From NCBI GenBank assembly GCA_002269645.1, contig NIVC01000452.1, positions 124,001-188,000 of the forward strand: a stretch of 64,000 nt of DNA. The letters run 5' to 3'. The notes under the pieces were generated by a model that saw only the letters and a program-made list of their open reading frames with translations, had not been told where the DNA came from and did not search any database. Positions 11,574-25,700 of the stretch are shown piece after piece. Both the position numbers and the translations under genes were made by a program. This stretch comes from Macrostomum lignano. Taxonomy: Eukaryota. Every line of letters begins with the position of its first letter. Positions within the stretch are counted from its first letter, which is position 1.

Positions 11574-13326
11574 ATTCATGCCACTGATTTATAAAAAAAT
11601 GCCTGTATGATGCTACGATGGCTTTAGATGATAATTAAACTAAACGTAATTAAATTAAACACAATAAAATTTTGTGCCACGTCATCAGCCACGCTTTAAA
11701 ATTATCTGATAAATAAGCGCAAAAAGTGTCGATTTCGAAATGATGCCACAGCTTGTTTAATGTAAAAGTCAAGAATTAAAACAACAGGCAGCAGTATTTT
11801 AGAAACAAATAAAATAGACATGCAAACATATTTATTTTATATTAATATTACTTTTTTTACTCACGCATTGAACAGTTGTAAATATTTTCAATTGATTGTG
11901 CCTGTCAATAGTTAATTCGTTATTAAAAAGGAAGCACAAATTACTTTTTGTATGAAATTTGTATTGTATTGGTATTGATATTTGTAATAGCCAACTGGCT
12001 TAGATTTACGAATAAAGCCAGCGAATTTGCTTTTGTTTCTGAATAGTCTTTTCAAATACTATTTTTATTTTATTTTAAATATCTCGCCTTGGTTATGATT
12101 AGATTATAATTTGCAGGACTAAATCCAGATGTAAATAATATATTGGGATTAAACTAAGGGATCGATTTACATCCCGCGAAGCAAACGTAGTTTAAATGCT
12201 ATTTCAAAACATTGAAGCAATTCGATACTGGGTCGCTGCAGAAAGGCGTATACCTGATTGTGCGTCCTAGTGATTATTTATAAGCCAACGACAATTACAA
12301 GTTTAAAAGCGTGTTCATTTTTACTGCAACTTGCAAGCGACCTTTTGCCAGTCTAGAGTGTTGTAGAGTTTTAGCAATTTTAGCAATTTTATATTTTAGC
12401 AATTATATTTTAGCAACACTATTATTATCGATGCACAATCAGCGGAATGCATACGAAAGGCATAATGGTTACACAAGCTGATATTAGATATATGATGGCA
12501 ATTATAAAAAGCGTAATTAAAACCAATGAGTTATGATTAGTACAGCACTTAGTACAGTAAATGAATATTCAATAATCAATGTTACTAAACAAATGTGCAC
12601 CAGATCGAGCAAGTCAAACAAAAAAGCGGTTGAGTAATTAGCAGACTATAAAAGGCAATCAAAACTTTACAAAAACATTGCTCACAGCTTCGCGGATAAG
12701 TTGATTCCAGCGATAACAATCAAAGTTTGAAAAAAAAACATTTAAACAAATTTTATTGGAATCAAACAATGATTCCAATGTTAACAGTGGAATGTTTTTT
12801 TTCACTTTTATTGCTTGTAAACACTAGGGGAATGCTTTTTGTTGCTAGGAAAAAGCTTCTATTTAGATTAAAACATAGTTAAAAAGTACGGTATTATAGC
12901 ACGTGAAATATATATGGTTGTAACTGTGCGATAAATACCTGTAGTGGCGACGAATTCATAGTAAAAAAATCATAAATAAAACAGGTGAGAGAAACCAAGG
13001 CAGGGAAACAGGCAATTCTTGTTGTAGCACGCGCTGTAGAGAAACAAAAGCGTCAAACAAGGCTGGATTCGTTTTATTATTACAGGTAATGTAAAAAACG
13101 AAGTGACTCAATTTCAAAGAGTGCGCATCCATCAGAATAGTCCGTTAGCTAAACTAACCTTTAAAGCACCTTAGATTCTTAACTTGTATTTGCCCCCTCA
13201 GCCCAATCAGTACACATAACATAGATAAGCATAATATAGAAGACGTAAGAACACAAAACCTTAGAAGTCAGCAAATCCGTGAATCACAAATCACTGAACC
13301 GGACAGACAGAACGATAAGAGACAGT

Positions 13327-16300
13327 TCAGGCTTGAGCATAGTACTCGGAGCCAGCGTAGGACACCTGGCCATAATTGGGGTCATTAACCGGTACGCCCT
13401 GATACTGAAAGCCCAGCGCTATGCCGCCAGCCTCGTTCGTATCCTTGGCCTCCGGGTTGGCCAGCTCTTGCGAAATTTCGCAAGCGTATGAATAGAATAC
13501 GATGCAGAAGCCCACCTGGCGATGAGGTTTAACAGGATTGGTCTATAGCAGCGACTGGGCAGCAGATTGCCAGTAAAATGATCCGTAAGTGTGAGGATGA
13601 CCAGTGAGTGACAGTAGGGGATGACCAGCGAGTGACAGTAGGGGATGACCAGTGAGTGACAGTAGGGGATGACCAGTGAGTGACAGTAGGGGATGACCAG
13701 TGAGTGACAGTAGGGGATGACCAGTGAGTGACAGTAGGGGATGACCAGCGAGTGACAGTAGGGGATGACCAGTGAGTGACAGTAGGGGATGACCAGTGAG
13801 TGACAGTAGGGGATGACCAGTGAGTGACAGTAGGGGATGACCAGTGAGTGACAGTAGGGGATGACCAGTGAGTGACAGTAGGTGAGTAGGGGATGACCAG
13901 TGATTGACAGTAGGGGATGACCAGTGAGTGACAGTAGGTGAGTAGGGGATGACCAGTGATTGACAGTAGGGGATGACCAGTGAGTGACAGTAGGTGAGTA
14001 GGGGATGACCAGTGATTGACAGTAGGGGATGACTCAGCGAGTGACAGTAGGAAAATAGGGAATCAAAGGGTATCCAGCGGGGCACATTGCGCACAAAGCT
14101 TACATTACAAAAGAAACGAATCAGGTAGAACATGTTCCTCCACACCAGGAACGGTAGGCGCTGAAATGCACGTTGAATTTGAAGATGATCAATTTTGCCT
14201 ATCATGAAAAATCGCATTCTCAATATTGTCAACAAGTTTACATTCATAACTCACCCATCCAGCTAGGCCGTACCAGGAGAAAACGTAGCAGCTGATGCCC
14301 AGCTCAATTAGAATGTATAAAATCATAGTGACGTACAGAACTCTTAGAGTCGGTAGTAGGTCATAGATTTTCTGAAATTGAATGTGTGCCACTTAGTTAA
14401 AGATTTTGTTTTAAGTAAAAGTCTTCGAACTTTTTGCACCAAGTAATGGTAAGTTCTTTGGATGAAGTAAAAATGCTCACAAATTTGTTAGGTCGCAGAA
14501 TGGCAACAATGGTAAATATGCACAGGGCAATGATAATAACATGTGACAGAGTCATAATGCCATCGCAGATGGCAAAGCCCTTCCAAAACAGTCGCTTCCA
14601 AAAGCTGCGAAAGGCTCCATGAATCTCGAATTTAAGGTTTTCATCATAGGTTAGCCAGTCAAGGAACACAGTTATGGCTTCAACCAAAGCAGTAATCTAA
14701 AATGAGAGCAGTGTATTTCATAGAATTCAGGTATGCACTTGAAAAAAATATCAAAGCAAAAGCAGTCATTTCTTATTTATTAGACCTTTATAAGCCTAGG
14801 TACTTGATTAATAGGTCTGAATTGCACAACTTCTTTGTTGGTATTGCAAAAGCTCTTGTGCCTCTTTCCCACCAACTTTTCTGTCAATAGACCTTGCTAC
14901 CAGCTGAGGAGTTCTTCACTAGGCCAATTATTATAGAGGAGCAAAACTTTATATAAACTAAAAAAATAGAATCATTTTTTATAAAGCTGCTATCTTTTAC
15001 ACATTTACAATATACTTGCAAAAGAATTGTTAAACTATATACTTAAGACTTTATACTAGTTTCTTATATAAATAGTAAATAGTATTTAATAATAAATATT
15101 TAAATAATTAAAATTTTCAAAACTTTATACCAAAATTCAGGTATATATACACTATATCTTAAAAACTATGCACTTACACTAAATGTATGTTAGCTATATA
15201 CAACAATTATTATATATTATCTTAAAGATTTTTCTATTTAAAAGAAGTAAAGAAAAAGCTAAAAAAGTTTTGTAAACATGAAAAAGGACCTATAATTTAA
15301 GTTGAAGTTTGGGATAGCATTGCAATTTTGTTCCATCATATATACCACACTCTAGATCATGTAGTATATGCCCAAAAATTTGGGTGTGCATTGGGCTTGC
15401 ATGCCAAAAGTAGGCATGCATAGTTGGTGTGCATCACTCCTAAAAAATACATCTGACATGCACTTTATAGAATCATGCAGAAGAGTTATTGTAAAGTAGA
15501 AAAAGGGTGAAAAAAGTTTATTTTTAAGCATAAACTTCCCACTTTCTGGGTTTTAAAGCTTGTAATAAGGCATTTAAACAAATCTTTGCGTATATCAATT
15601 TTCCACTGTAAATAATAGTATCACCAAAAAGCAGAAAAATTAACCAAATTATCAGTCAAAAAGGGTCTATTATGCAATGAAGAAATGTCATTTATTGTCA
15701 CAACATAAAAAGCCATTTATTGTCGCAACACTAGTACAGTTCCAAGTATAAGCGTGTGATCAATTTTTTTTTGGTGTGCATTTGTAACTGACAATTTTTG
15801 TTTAGGCATGCACCCAGCTCTAGCATGATACAGACTATGGCATATATATCATGTGCAATATTTTTTCTGGCATTGGCCTAAAGTTGAATTTATGATAAGC
15901 CTTAAATTTCACATTTCATTAATAAGCATTTTATCTACTTAGCAGATAAACTGTTAACAGACAAATAAACTAGAACTATAATCTATATATGTGTGTTGCC
16001 AATAGAAATGGCCAGGTTATTCTTAAGGTTGCACAGTTGTGGACACAATGTGTAATAGATTTGGGTACAAGGCAAAATTAATGTGCATGGTCATTTCATC
16101 TGCCGCCTTTTTGTCTGCTGGTAGACGAAACAACTTTTTAAAATAAGTAGCAAAATAAGTTTTATAAATGGCTGAAATTAATTTATAGTTTATTTTTAAT
16201 ACTTATAATTTACTAGTAATTTTCAGATTTAGAATTAGATGTAGTCTTTGTATTTTTTATTTTGCTTATCGCAATGTTTCCAAGAAATACAGTTATTCGT

Positions 16301-17203
16301 ATATAAGCTTTAATTGAATCTACGTAGTGAGCTGTGAATGGGATTTATAATTTGTGTGCGTGTAACTTATTTATAATAAGTAAAATAATTCCAACTCAAC
16401 TAATTGCTTTTGAGCTTTGAAGCTTTGAGACGGTTAAGAGATAGTATGGCGTCTGCCATATCATGACGAAAATGCATTGAATTCGTTCAATTGCATAGTT
16501 TAATAAATATAAACAAAAATATTCAGAAATTACTCGTTTAAGTCATTACTACTAAGAAATGATCCTATATCTTAATCACTATTATCTTAAATATCTCAAA
16601 TCTCAAATTAATGACAACAACTGACCTATTTACACTTATTAAATAAAACTTTACTATTTGTTGGCAGACGAAACGACTGTATCGTATTCTTGCAGATGAA
16701 AGGGTGGCAGATGAACTGGCGGCAGATGAAACGACCATCAACCAAAATTAATAGTAGAGATAATAAAGTAAATAAAGTAAAAAAAGATTTTAGAGGATAT
16801 AAAGATCTAGGCTATTGTCACTTACTAGTCACATGCAAAGAAAAAGATGCCAGAAACTAATAGTATTTCGCAAATATGATATGTCCCATATATAGGCCTA
16901 TGATAACAATAGACTGTGAATGTCAATAACAGAATGCTATAAGCCTGATATTAGGCTGTCTATATTCTATATGACTTTAGTGACCATAAGGGCATAAGGC
17001 ATAAGGAAAATTTTGAACAAAAAATACACTTCTACTAGACGTACTTCTATTTGCTCGACTATATTGCTCTGCATACAAATGTTAATACTTACAGTTATGA
17101 TAATGCAGCCAACAAAAGTGCCCATTCGATTATCAAAGCAAAAACACTTTTTTAATGGTAAAATAGGCTCTACATCATCTCTTTTCCGTAGTTTCCAGCC
17201 CAT
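13327..17203 (-). CDS. LAPTM4/5-like (Mtp/DUF4728-type) four-transmembrane protein, 5 exons, 229 aa
   Basis: Exons 17203-17093, 14696-14481, 14371-14255, 14160-14104, 13515-13327, all phase-0 GT/AG. N-terminal LPLKKCFCFDNRMGT motif, four hydrophobic segments, LLPTL at TM3, Tyr-rich tail (NDPNYGQV). Family assignment is from motif resemblance only. Confidence 0.82.
13595..14050. repeat. 24-bp minisatellite in intron 4 of the four-TM gene
   Basis: Unit cagtgagtgacagtaggggatgac, with some 31-bp variants. It produces the HPLLSLTG repeats in ORF 13543..14247. Confidence 0.95.
16087..16738. mobile_element. MITE-like element with ~21-bp TIRs
   Basis: atggtcatttcatctgccgcc (16087-16107) is the reverse complement of ggcggcagatgaaacgaccat (16718-16738) with one mismatch (CG vs CA). 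gcagatgaa is repeated subterminally. Confidence 0.7.
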
Positions 17204-20054
17204 ATTTGCAAACTAACGTGATACAAATCAATAAGGGGTAATAAGAAATATTTAAAATACACCCCAATATAATATGGACAATAGTATGTAATAATGTAGA
17301 AATAAAATATTATTTCTTCCTCAACGAGCTTCTTTAAAATGCTACGAAAATATTTGCCGATATTAGTCGTTTTGTAAAAAATTTACGTTTAGAAACAGAA
17401 TTTTTTTTGCTTTAAACGAGCAATTATAGGCATTTAAAAAGCCTTAGAAGACATAGAAAATAAAATTGATATACTGCTTCAAAAATCTTTGCACGCAAAT
17501 TTGAATATTTTCGGCAAGTTGGCTTTTTAAAACGCGCTATATATTATAATAGCTCCATGATGACTGACAGGGACTTCGCACGATCGGCCCTTTAATTCAT
17601 CTCAGTTTATATACCATTTCAGTTGATTCAGGTGAACAGTGAAGCTGGGCGGGCTAAACCGATAGTTTTACTGGCTTAAATAAGGCAAGTAGCTCAATTT
17701 TTAATGTATATCTTCATATTTTCTGTGTGTAGTGTACTAACCTTAGCAAGTGAATTATTATATTTTGAACTAAAAAAATAATAATATACTGCATGTAATT
17801 AATACTTGAAAAAAATGGATGCTAGCATCTACCAATGACAATATCCAGAGGCGTATATATATAATTTTCTTAGTTTAGGCCTATAATAGCTAGATAAGGG
17901 AAGGCCTATAATAAATAGGCCTAATTTGGCTAAGCCTTTTTAGGCTTTTAATTGATAGGCCTAGCCTAAGCATTGTTTAACTAGGCTAAGGCCTAAAATC
18001 GTTTTTTAAAGCATCAATTTAAGTTTCCACATTTTGGTAAAAACTGTAGGGGCCTAAGCTATTAAAATAGGCCTAGTACAATAGACAATAACATAGCATA
18101 CTTAATTCAATTGATTAAATATAGGGTTATAATAATCAAGTTAAAAAGCAGTATGCTTAAAAAATTAAAATAAACAAAGTTTTTAAAAGACATTTTATGT
18201 AGCCTTTATAATATAAAGGTTATAAAGTAAGAAATTAAAAATATATATACTATATATATATATATGTTAGATTGGCCCTATTCCATAATTATTAGGCCTA
18301 TAGTATTGACTTAAAAGCCTTGCCATTAGTTTAGAATATTGTATTATAAACCTTAATTTAACAAGGCAAATTAATAAAAAAAGTTAAGTAATTTTTAAAA
18401 TCAATCGTTTAAATAATCAATAGACTTTTTAATAGTTATATTAAATAAGTTAAAGGTTTTTCTTTGCTAGGGTTTAGAAACAATTTTTATATAGTTATTT
18501 CTAGAATGTTAGGTTTTTTATAGCATTTTTATTAGTTGATTAAGTTGAAATTTGTTTTGCAACTAACAAAATATAGGCTAAGGCCAATGTCAATTTTTAT
18601 GTATCTTCTTTTTTAATAATATTAAAAAAGGGACTAAGCATATCTTAGAGCACTTTAAGCAACATTGTTATATAATCAATGAGAGGCATCATTGCCTATA
18701 ATATTTTCTAAATCTTTTAAGTAGACACTAAGCACATAGACATACATGTGCAACTACTGGCCAACCTGACTGATCTGGCCATGGTAAATTGTGGTAAACT
18801 AGGGATAAGTTATAAAAATACCTACCTAAAAGAATATAGACATAGTACTAATTAGATGACAAGGCTTTTCAAGCTTTTACCCTTATAGGACAATGATAGT
18901 TACTCCTGCCATTTATCCAAAATTTCTTCAAGTTGCATTTTTTGGTCAAAAAGTAAGTTGCATGGCCAGTATAAATTGGGTGGGTTGCGCACATATGCAC
19001 ATGGATATGTATAGTCATATGCATAGGCACATATGTCACATATATAAGTGTGCAATAGCCATATTTTTTTGTCAAACATGTATATTTGAACATGCCTTGG
19101 GGATTGGCCCTCAATGGCATTAACTGAAAAAATAGCCCCATGTAAAGATTCTAATTTAGTTCCAAATTTATGTGATAATATTTATATTTAGATTAAGTCT
19201 AGACTACTATGCCTTGGCACATAATAGTGCCAACCTTAGACCATTAGTTATTGCCCTTAATATTTTTTGTTCTTTTATTTTATGTCATTTAATTTTTTAC
19301 TATAATGTATTTATTGTTTAAAATTAAATTTCCAGATGCTACAATCAATTTCTAAAAGCTATGAGCTTATTTTTCAGCTGCTTCATATGCCATCCCATGC
19401 TAGAGGCAAGCAGGTGAGCATCGGTAAATTTAGTAAATTTATATAGTTGTAGGCTGCTGTTATGTACATTTTTTATATTTTCTTTTACTTTTGTTTCAGG
19501 AGAAAGACTTTATTGTTAGATTTTTATGCAGCATTGACAAGCTTTTATTTGGTAACAAGTCATCTTTGGAATCTCTTGCTGATACTATACAGCATACGTC
19601 TTTTAGGAATGGACAAACTTTGTTTAGGTAAGATTTTTTGTATTAGAATTATCAATTGGTTGGTGCTCTAATTATGTTTTGCTTACTTTATAAAAAAAAT
19701 TGTAGTTGCACATATGCATTTGAAGTGCTTATGACTCTATTCTAGCAGTGTAATTAAATAATTAGTTCTATAAAATACCACTATTTATAATATTGCATCT
19801 TTCTTTTACCATTCCAGTTCTGGCAGTCGCATCACTAGCTGGTACATTTTATTGTCTGGCTCTGTCTATGTTGATGGGAAGCTTCATCATCCAATAAAAA
19901 GGTAAATTCTTGATTTAAGCTTTTTGTGCAGAATGTCCCAAACTTTAAGGAACCTTTTGCCACAGACATTACAGAATCTACTACACAAGTGTATTCCTTA
20001 CTCGTATAGGGGATTATACGAGTAATATATATAAATTTTGGTTCATGTGTTGAA

Positions 20055-20330
20055 GCGGAGCAGCTTAGTGGAAAGTACATGTACATCCGACTTTCATGCC
20101 GCGACCCCTGGTTCGATTCCATGCGCGGCCGCAGTCATTTGGAGCTTGTGTGTACGAAATTTGGCCAGGGGTTGTCGTGCGATTCACAGCCATGAGGGCC
20201 GACCCCCATGGCACAGAGAGTGTACATGCCTGACGATTAGACAGTCAGGACCGCTGTACACCCTGTGTGAGCGGGTGTGTGTAAGTGCTGTGTCTGCGTA
20301 CAGTATTGGCGCGCTTGTATTGTGCTCAGA
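20055..20330 (+). mobile_element. tRNA-derived SINE-like element
   Basis: A-box-like agcttagtgg and B-box ggttcgattcc (20110-20120). The head resembles tRNA-Glu(TTC). The body is shared with the minus-strand copy at 22083-22238. The 3' end is approximate. Confidence 0.6.
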
Positions 20331-20368
20331 AGCCAGCGGAATGGGTGGAACTTTTGAGCGCTGGCTTT

Positions 20369-21088
<720 letters not shown>

Positions 21089-22082
21089 CTCTTTAGGACG
21101 ATGTTGCCGGTATACTTGTCAATCTATTTTTATTTTGAAAACACACGAGCCAGTAATAATGATCATTATTACGGTCTCTGACTGTTCTTTGGGCTGCCTT
21201 ACTGGCGGCGTTTCTCGGGTTGTGCGCAATCCAATTGAGTTGCCCAGTCGGGCGCTCAGTTCTAATGTGGCCTCATCTGAGGTGACGTCCACTCCAAAAT
21301 AAACTTCTTATCTGCCCTGCCTTGGTCTTAGGAGGGTGTACCTGGAGTAATTGTGACTCTGGACTGCAGTGTGGCTAGAACGGGACTTGAGCCCCCGGTC
21401 GCATCCGCCCAGCAGGAAAGGCGACCATTCACAAAAGTGTACGGTAGAGCCCAGTTGATGCCAGCTCTGAAGCTGAGCCTCCAAAATGTAACTGGTGATC
21501 CTCCTCCATTTGTTTTTATCCCCTCTTTTTTATTGGTTTTATCTTGTTCATGAGCCAACCCAAAATTAGGAGTAGATCTCTGCATTTTGGTCCATCTGCT
21601 CCCTCAGTCCACCTGCTGTCACCTCTGGTTGTCTCCCTGCTTATTATGTCTCGGCTCTCATCACCGGCTCTCATCTCAGTCGGGGAAAACTGGCTGAGCC
21701 CGGTGTCCTCTTGCTCTGGAGTGCTCTTTTTCCTGTTCCTTGGCTTGGGCTATTTGAGTTGGGTAGCGAAGTAAGCCTTGAGGCCTGCAGCCTATAGGAG
21801 GACTTTCGGAGCTTTTTCCTACCTGATAGGAGACTCGCTCTTGGTGAAATAAGCTGCCCAAACTCTCCAATCTGAAAGCTTTTTCCGCTGACTGGGTGCC
21901 TGGGTGCCTTGTAACAGGTACAAACAATGTCAGGCCCCGGGGTATAGCTAGGGTCCCGCTCTCGGACCAGCTTTCCAAAATCCATCCACCTGATTCTACT
22001 CAGGTGGAGGCGAGCCTAGCTCTCCACCCCGATTAACAACAACAATAATAATCATAATTTCTGTCCGCAGGATGGTTGCTGC

Positions 22083-22238
22083 GGGTTCGGCCCTCATATG
22101 TGTAAATCGCACGGAACCCCCCCCCCCTCCGGCCAATTTTCTTGCACAAGCCTTAAATGAATGCGCACGGAATCGAGCCAGGGGCCTGTGGCGCAATAGT
22201 CAGACGCGTTTACCGCTGAGCTGCCTTGCCAGCTGCGC
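22083..22238 (-). mobile_element. Second, truncated copy of the tRNA-derived SINE family
   Basis: Minus strand gcagctcagcgg...cccctggctcgattcc...aaattggcc...cgtgcgatt...atgagggccga aligns with 20060-20205. Confidence 0.6.
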
Positions 22239-22705
22239 TTTGACCACAGACAGCAGAGCTATAGCTGTAGTTACATAGCTTCATTGTACACGTACCGTGC
22301 AGGTCTTCGCGTGCGCTAGAAGCAGTTCCAAATTTATTACAAAGGTCTATGTCGACTGCTTATTTATTCTGTTTATAGCAACCTGTCGGTTCTATGCAAA
22401 AAACGAAGCAGTTTAATAATATGACAGTCGCTGTTTTGCTAATAAGCTTGAGCCCTGGCACGTATCCAAACATTTAAGCATTGAATTTTATGCACTCATT
22501 CGATCTCTAGACAAAAAAAGAAGAGCTCCTGACAATACAATTTAATTTGTATTGGCCATGAGTGTGGCTATCCATACGAGGAACTTTATATAATGTATGT
22601 GTGTTTAAAGCATTTGCCTGCTGCACTGTATTTATTCTCTAAACTAGAGTAATATATAGCTTGTACATGTTACATATGCAGCGCAAGTATTCATTCGCCT
22701 TATAG

Positions 22706-25700
22706 ATTTGGGTTGCACTATTGTGCTAGGAGAGCTTTAAGCGCTCTCTCTCTCGCTACTGTGCAACGGGTGGTTAGTGCGCCAATCTGGCACAGAGAAT
22801 TAATAATATTCAGTGAGGCACTGTATCGGTTAGGCAGTTTAAGCTGTGGGTAGAAACGGAGATCAACAATCATGTATATTCACAGACGGGGTGCATATAT
22901 TGCTATTAGCTAGTTTCAGGAGCTAAATCCTCAGTGTAGATCTATACATGTTAGCAATTTTCGTGTTTTCTCTTCTTGTTTTCATAAAAAAATTGTCAGC
23001 CTTGGCCGACCAATCAGCGAAGAGGATCGTTACTATAGTAGCGATTGTTATTGCCTGGAGCAGTGCGACTTTCTTGTTGTAAGTCTGGGAACTTTTTTAT
23101 TAATTATTAATTTTGTTCGGTCGTTTGCACTAAACAAACGGAAATATTAAGTCCTCAGCTGACTTGCCTCATTTAAACCTAATTAGCATATTCCTGTGCC
23201 ACTCTGTGTCAAGTGGCACAGGTAAAAGCATTTATATTTGCACTTGCACTACGCAATCATTAATTATCTAGTTCTGGAATATCTAGATTAGCGAATTAAG
23301 GACTGCAGTTAATTTAGACTCGATCTCGATTTCCGTCAAGGGAGTCGGGACTGCAGTTAATAGAGACGCTATGGGGGTCAGGGGAGTCGGGACTGCAGTT
23401 AATAGAGACCCTATTTGTGTCAGGGGAGTCAGGACTGCAGTTAATAGAGACCCTATTTGTGTCAGGGGAGTCAGGACTGCAGTCAGTGGAGGCTCCATGG
23501 ACGTCCTTAATCGCGCCTTCAGATCTAAAAAATGTCGTGCGAGAGAAATTGGAAGAATATAAAAATAGCTTTTCATAGTTTCAGCCGCAATTTCTGTTTA
23601 TAAAATATTGACGCAACTGTACATGGCTTAAGTCGCAGATTCCACGCGAACTGTGTACATCCTGTCCAGCTTATTGCATTTTTAATGATTTAGTGAAGTT
23701 CGTTTTCAAATATATCTAGCTGTGTCCGCAAGCATCTATACACTTTGTATATGAAGTGGCTAGCTAAAGAAATTTATCTAATCTTTAAAACTTACAATTA
23801 TTCTACTATTATAGATTGACCTGAAAACAGCGTGCCAACAATCGAGCCAGTTGTCGAGCATGGACTCGAGTATCACCCTAGGCCTTGCTGAGGACAGTGT
23901 CAGGCTGGTAAGATTACTGGTGTACAATTTGACTTTATTTTTAGTTCTGTTATTGCAGTCACATAGCCTGTGTATCTATCAAGAACTGGTGAACCTTCTT
24001 GCTAGCTGGGTTAAGCTTGTTCTTTAAACTCTCAAAATGAGGTGCTGCCTCTGCAACTCATCAGCGATTCCCCTCTACTGATCAAGAATCGCCCCTCTAC
24101 TGATCAAGAATCGTCCCTCTACTGATCAAGAATCGCCCCTCTACTGATCAAGAATCGCCCCTCTACTGATCAAGAACCGAAATTTGCAATCATTAGCCCT
24201 TGGCTCGCGTTGGTTTCAGCAGCAGCGCAGCTCCCTGGACCTGTCGGACGAGGCCTCGTCGTCGACCTACTCGGACAGCTGCTGCGAGCTGGAGGACAGT
24301 GACAATGACTTCTGCGATGCGTCGGCGGAGACGGGTGCATCCTTCAGCGTCGCCGCCCGCAGCTCGTTGCTGTTAGCTCTGGCCAAGCCGCCGGGCCAGC
24401 GATCGCCCAGCGAAGTCGAGCTGCTGCACCAGGCCACTCGCTGCATGCCGGCGTTTGCCAATTTCAACGAAACTGTCCAACGCCGACTGTCGGCCGGCCT
24501 GGCCCTGGCCTCGCTGGATCAACTTTCCGTGCCGTCAAACTCCTGGTCAGTGATCCTGGACGGCCTGGTCGAATTGACGACGCCCACCATGTCTGACGGT
24601 GAAGCTGACGCGGTGCACCGTCGGCTAGGCCCAGGCGACTGCTTGGACGCTAGGCTGCTGGCCGGCGAGGCTCGCGCTGTCGGCCCCAACTGCCGGCTGG
24701 CCTACTTGGCCTTGGACGATTACCTGGCCGCCGTGGAGACGGCTGGCGCGGACGAGGCCGACGGCCGTGCGGTGCTGCGAAAGAATGGACAGGTGGGAAT
24801 AGTTCAATGGTGTTTTTAACATCCCAGCTCCTCAGTCATTTACCACCACCACCCTCCCAGATTCTCAGTCATTAACCGCCACCCTCCCAGATTCTCAGTC
24901 ATTAACCGCCACCCTCCCAGATTCTCAGTCATTAACCGCCACCCTCTTAGATTCTCAGTCATTAGTCAAATATGCTTAAACTGCAGTCTTAAGCGTTTAG
25001 TCGCAGTTCTCTGATTGTCTTGTTAAAACGAACTGTGAATATTGTGATGTACTTCTGTACATACGAGGTAACTACATCAACAAGTCCTATCCGCCGGCCC
25101 AGGTCGTGCTGGTCAAGGAGGCCGACCCAAGCCGGGATGGCGCGCTCTGCGTGACCAGCGGCACTCCGGCTGCCCTCCTCGACGAGCTGCTTTCAACAAG
25201 CGCCGCCAACGTCGATGCGAGCTTCGCCGACGACCTCTTGCTGACGCGTCTAGCCTTTGTCAGCGACCTGGCCCTGGCCGACCGGCTGCTGCTGGCGCTG
25301 GCCGACCCGCCACAGCCAGATTGCGCGCCCAGCGCCGCCTGGGAGCGAGCCGAACGTGTCCTACTCCAATGGGTCGGCGGGCATCTCGTCGACATGTCCG
25401 ACCGTCGCCTCCTGGACAGGCTAGCCGGGCTGGAGGCCCGTCTAACAGGCCGTCTGGGCCCGCAGCATCTGATGCGGCTGGCCTGCTCCTCCGGGGCTGC
25501 CGAACGCCGAGTTACCTGCCGCCGCGACCGCGGCCTCGACTTCTTGCTGCTAGGGAGTGGCGGAGGCGGCGACAGCTTCTGCTTTGTGTCCGGCCTTGCC
25601 GCGCCAACTGGCGATGAGGACGACAGCTGCCTGATTGACGATGAAGGGTGGGCAGTCCGAAATTTTTAGGGAGCATCCCACCGGTCCTCCCACCACCGTA

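Noticed and set aside
12980-13090. Exon-like + strand segment (..KQKRQTRLDSFYY|gtaatg)
   Set aside because: No connecting exons or recognisable protein could be built.
20055-20133. tRNA-Glu gene
   Set aside because: The cloverleaf pairs poorly, the D-arm region is expanded, and the sequence continues into a body shared with another copy, so it is better explained as a SINE head.
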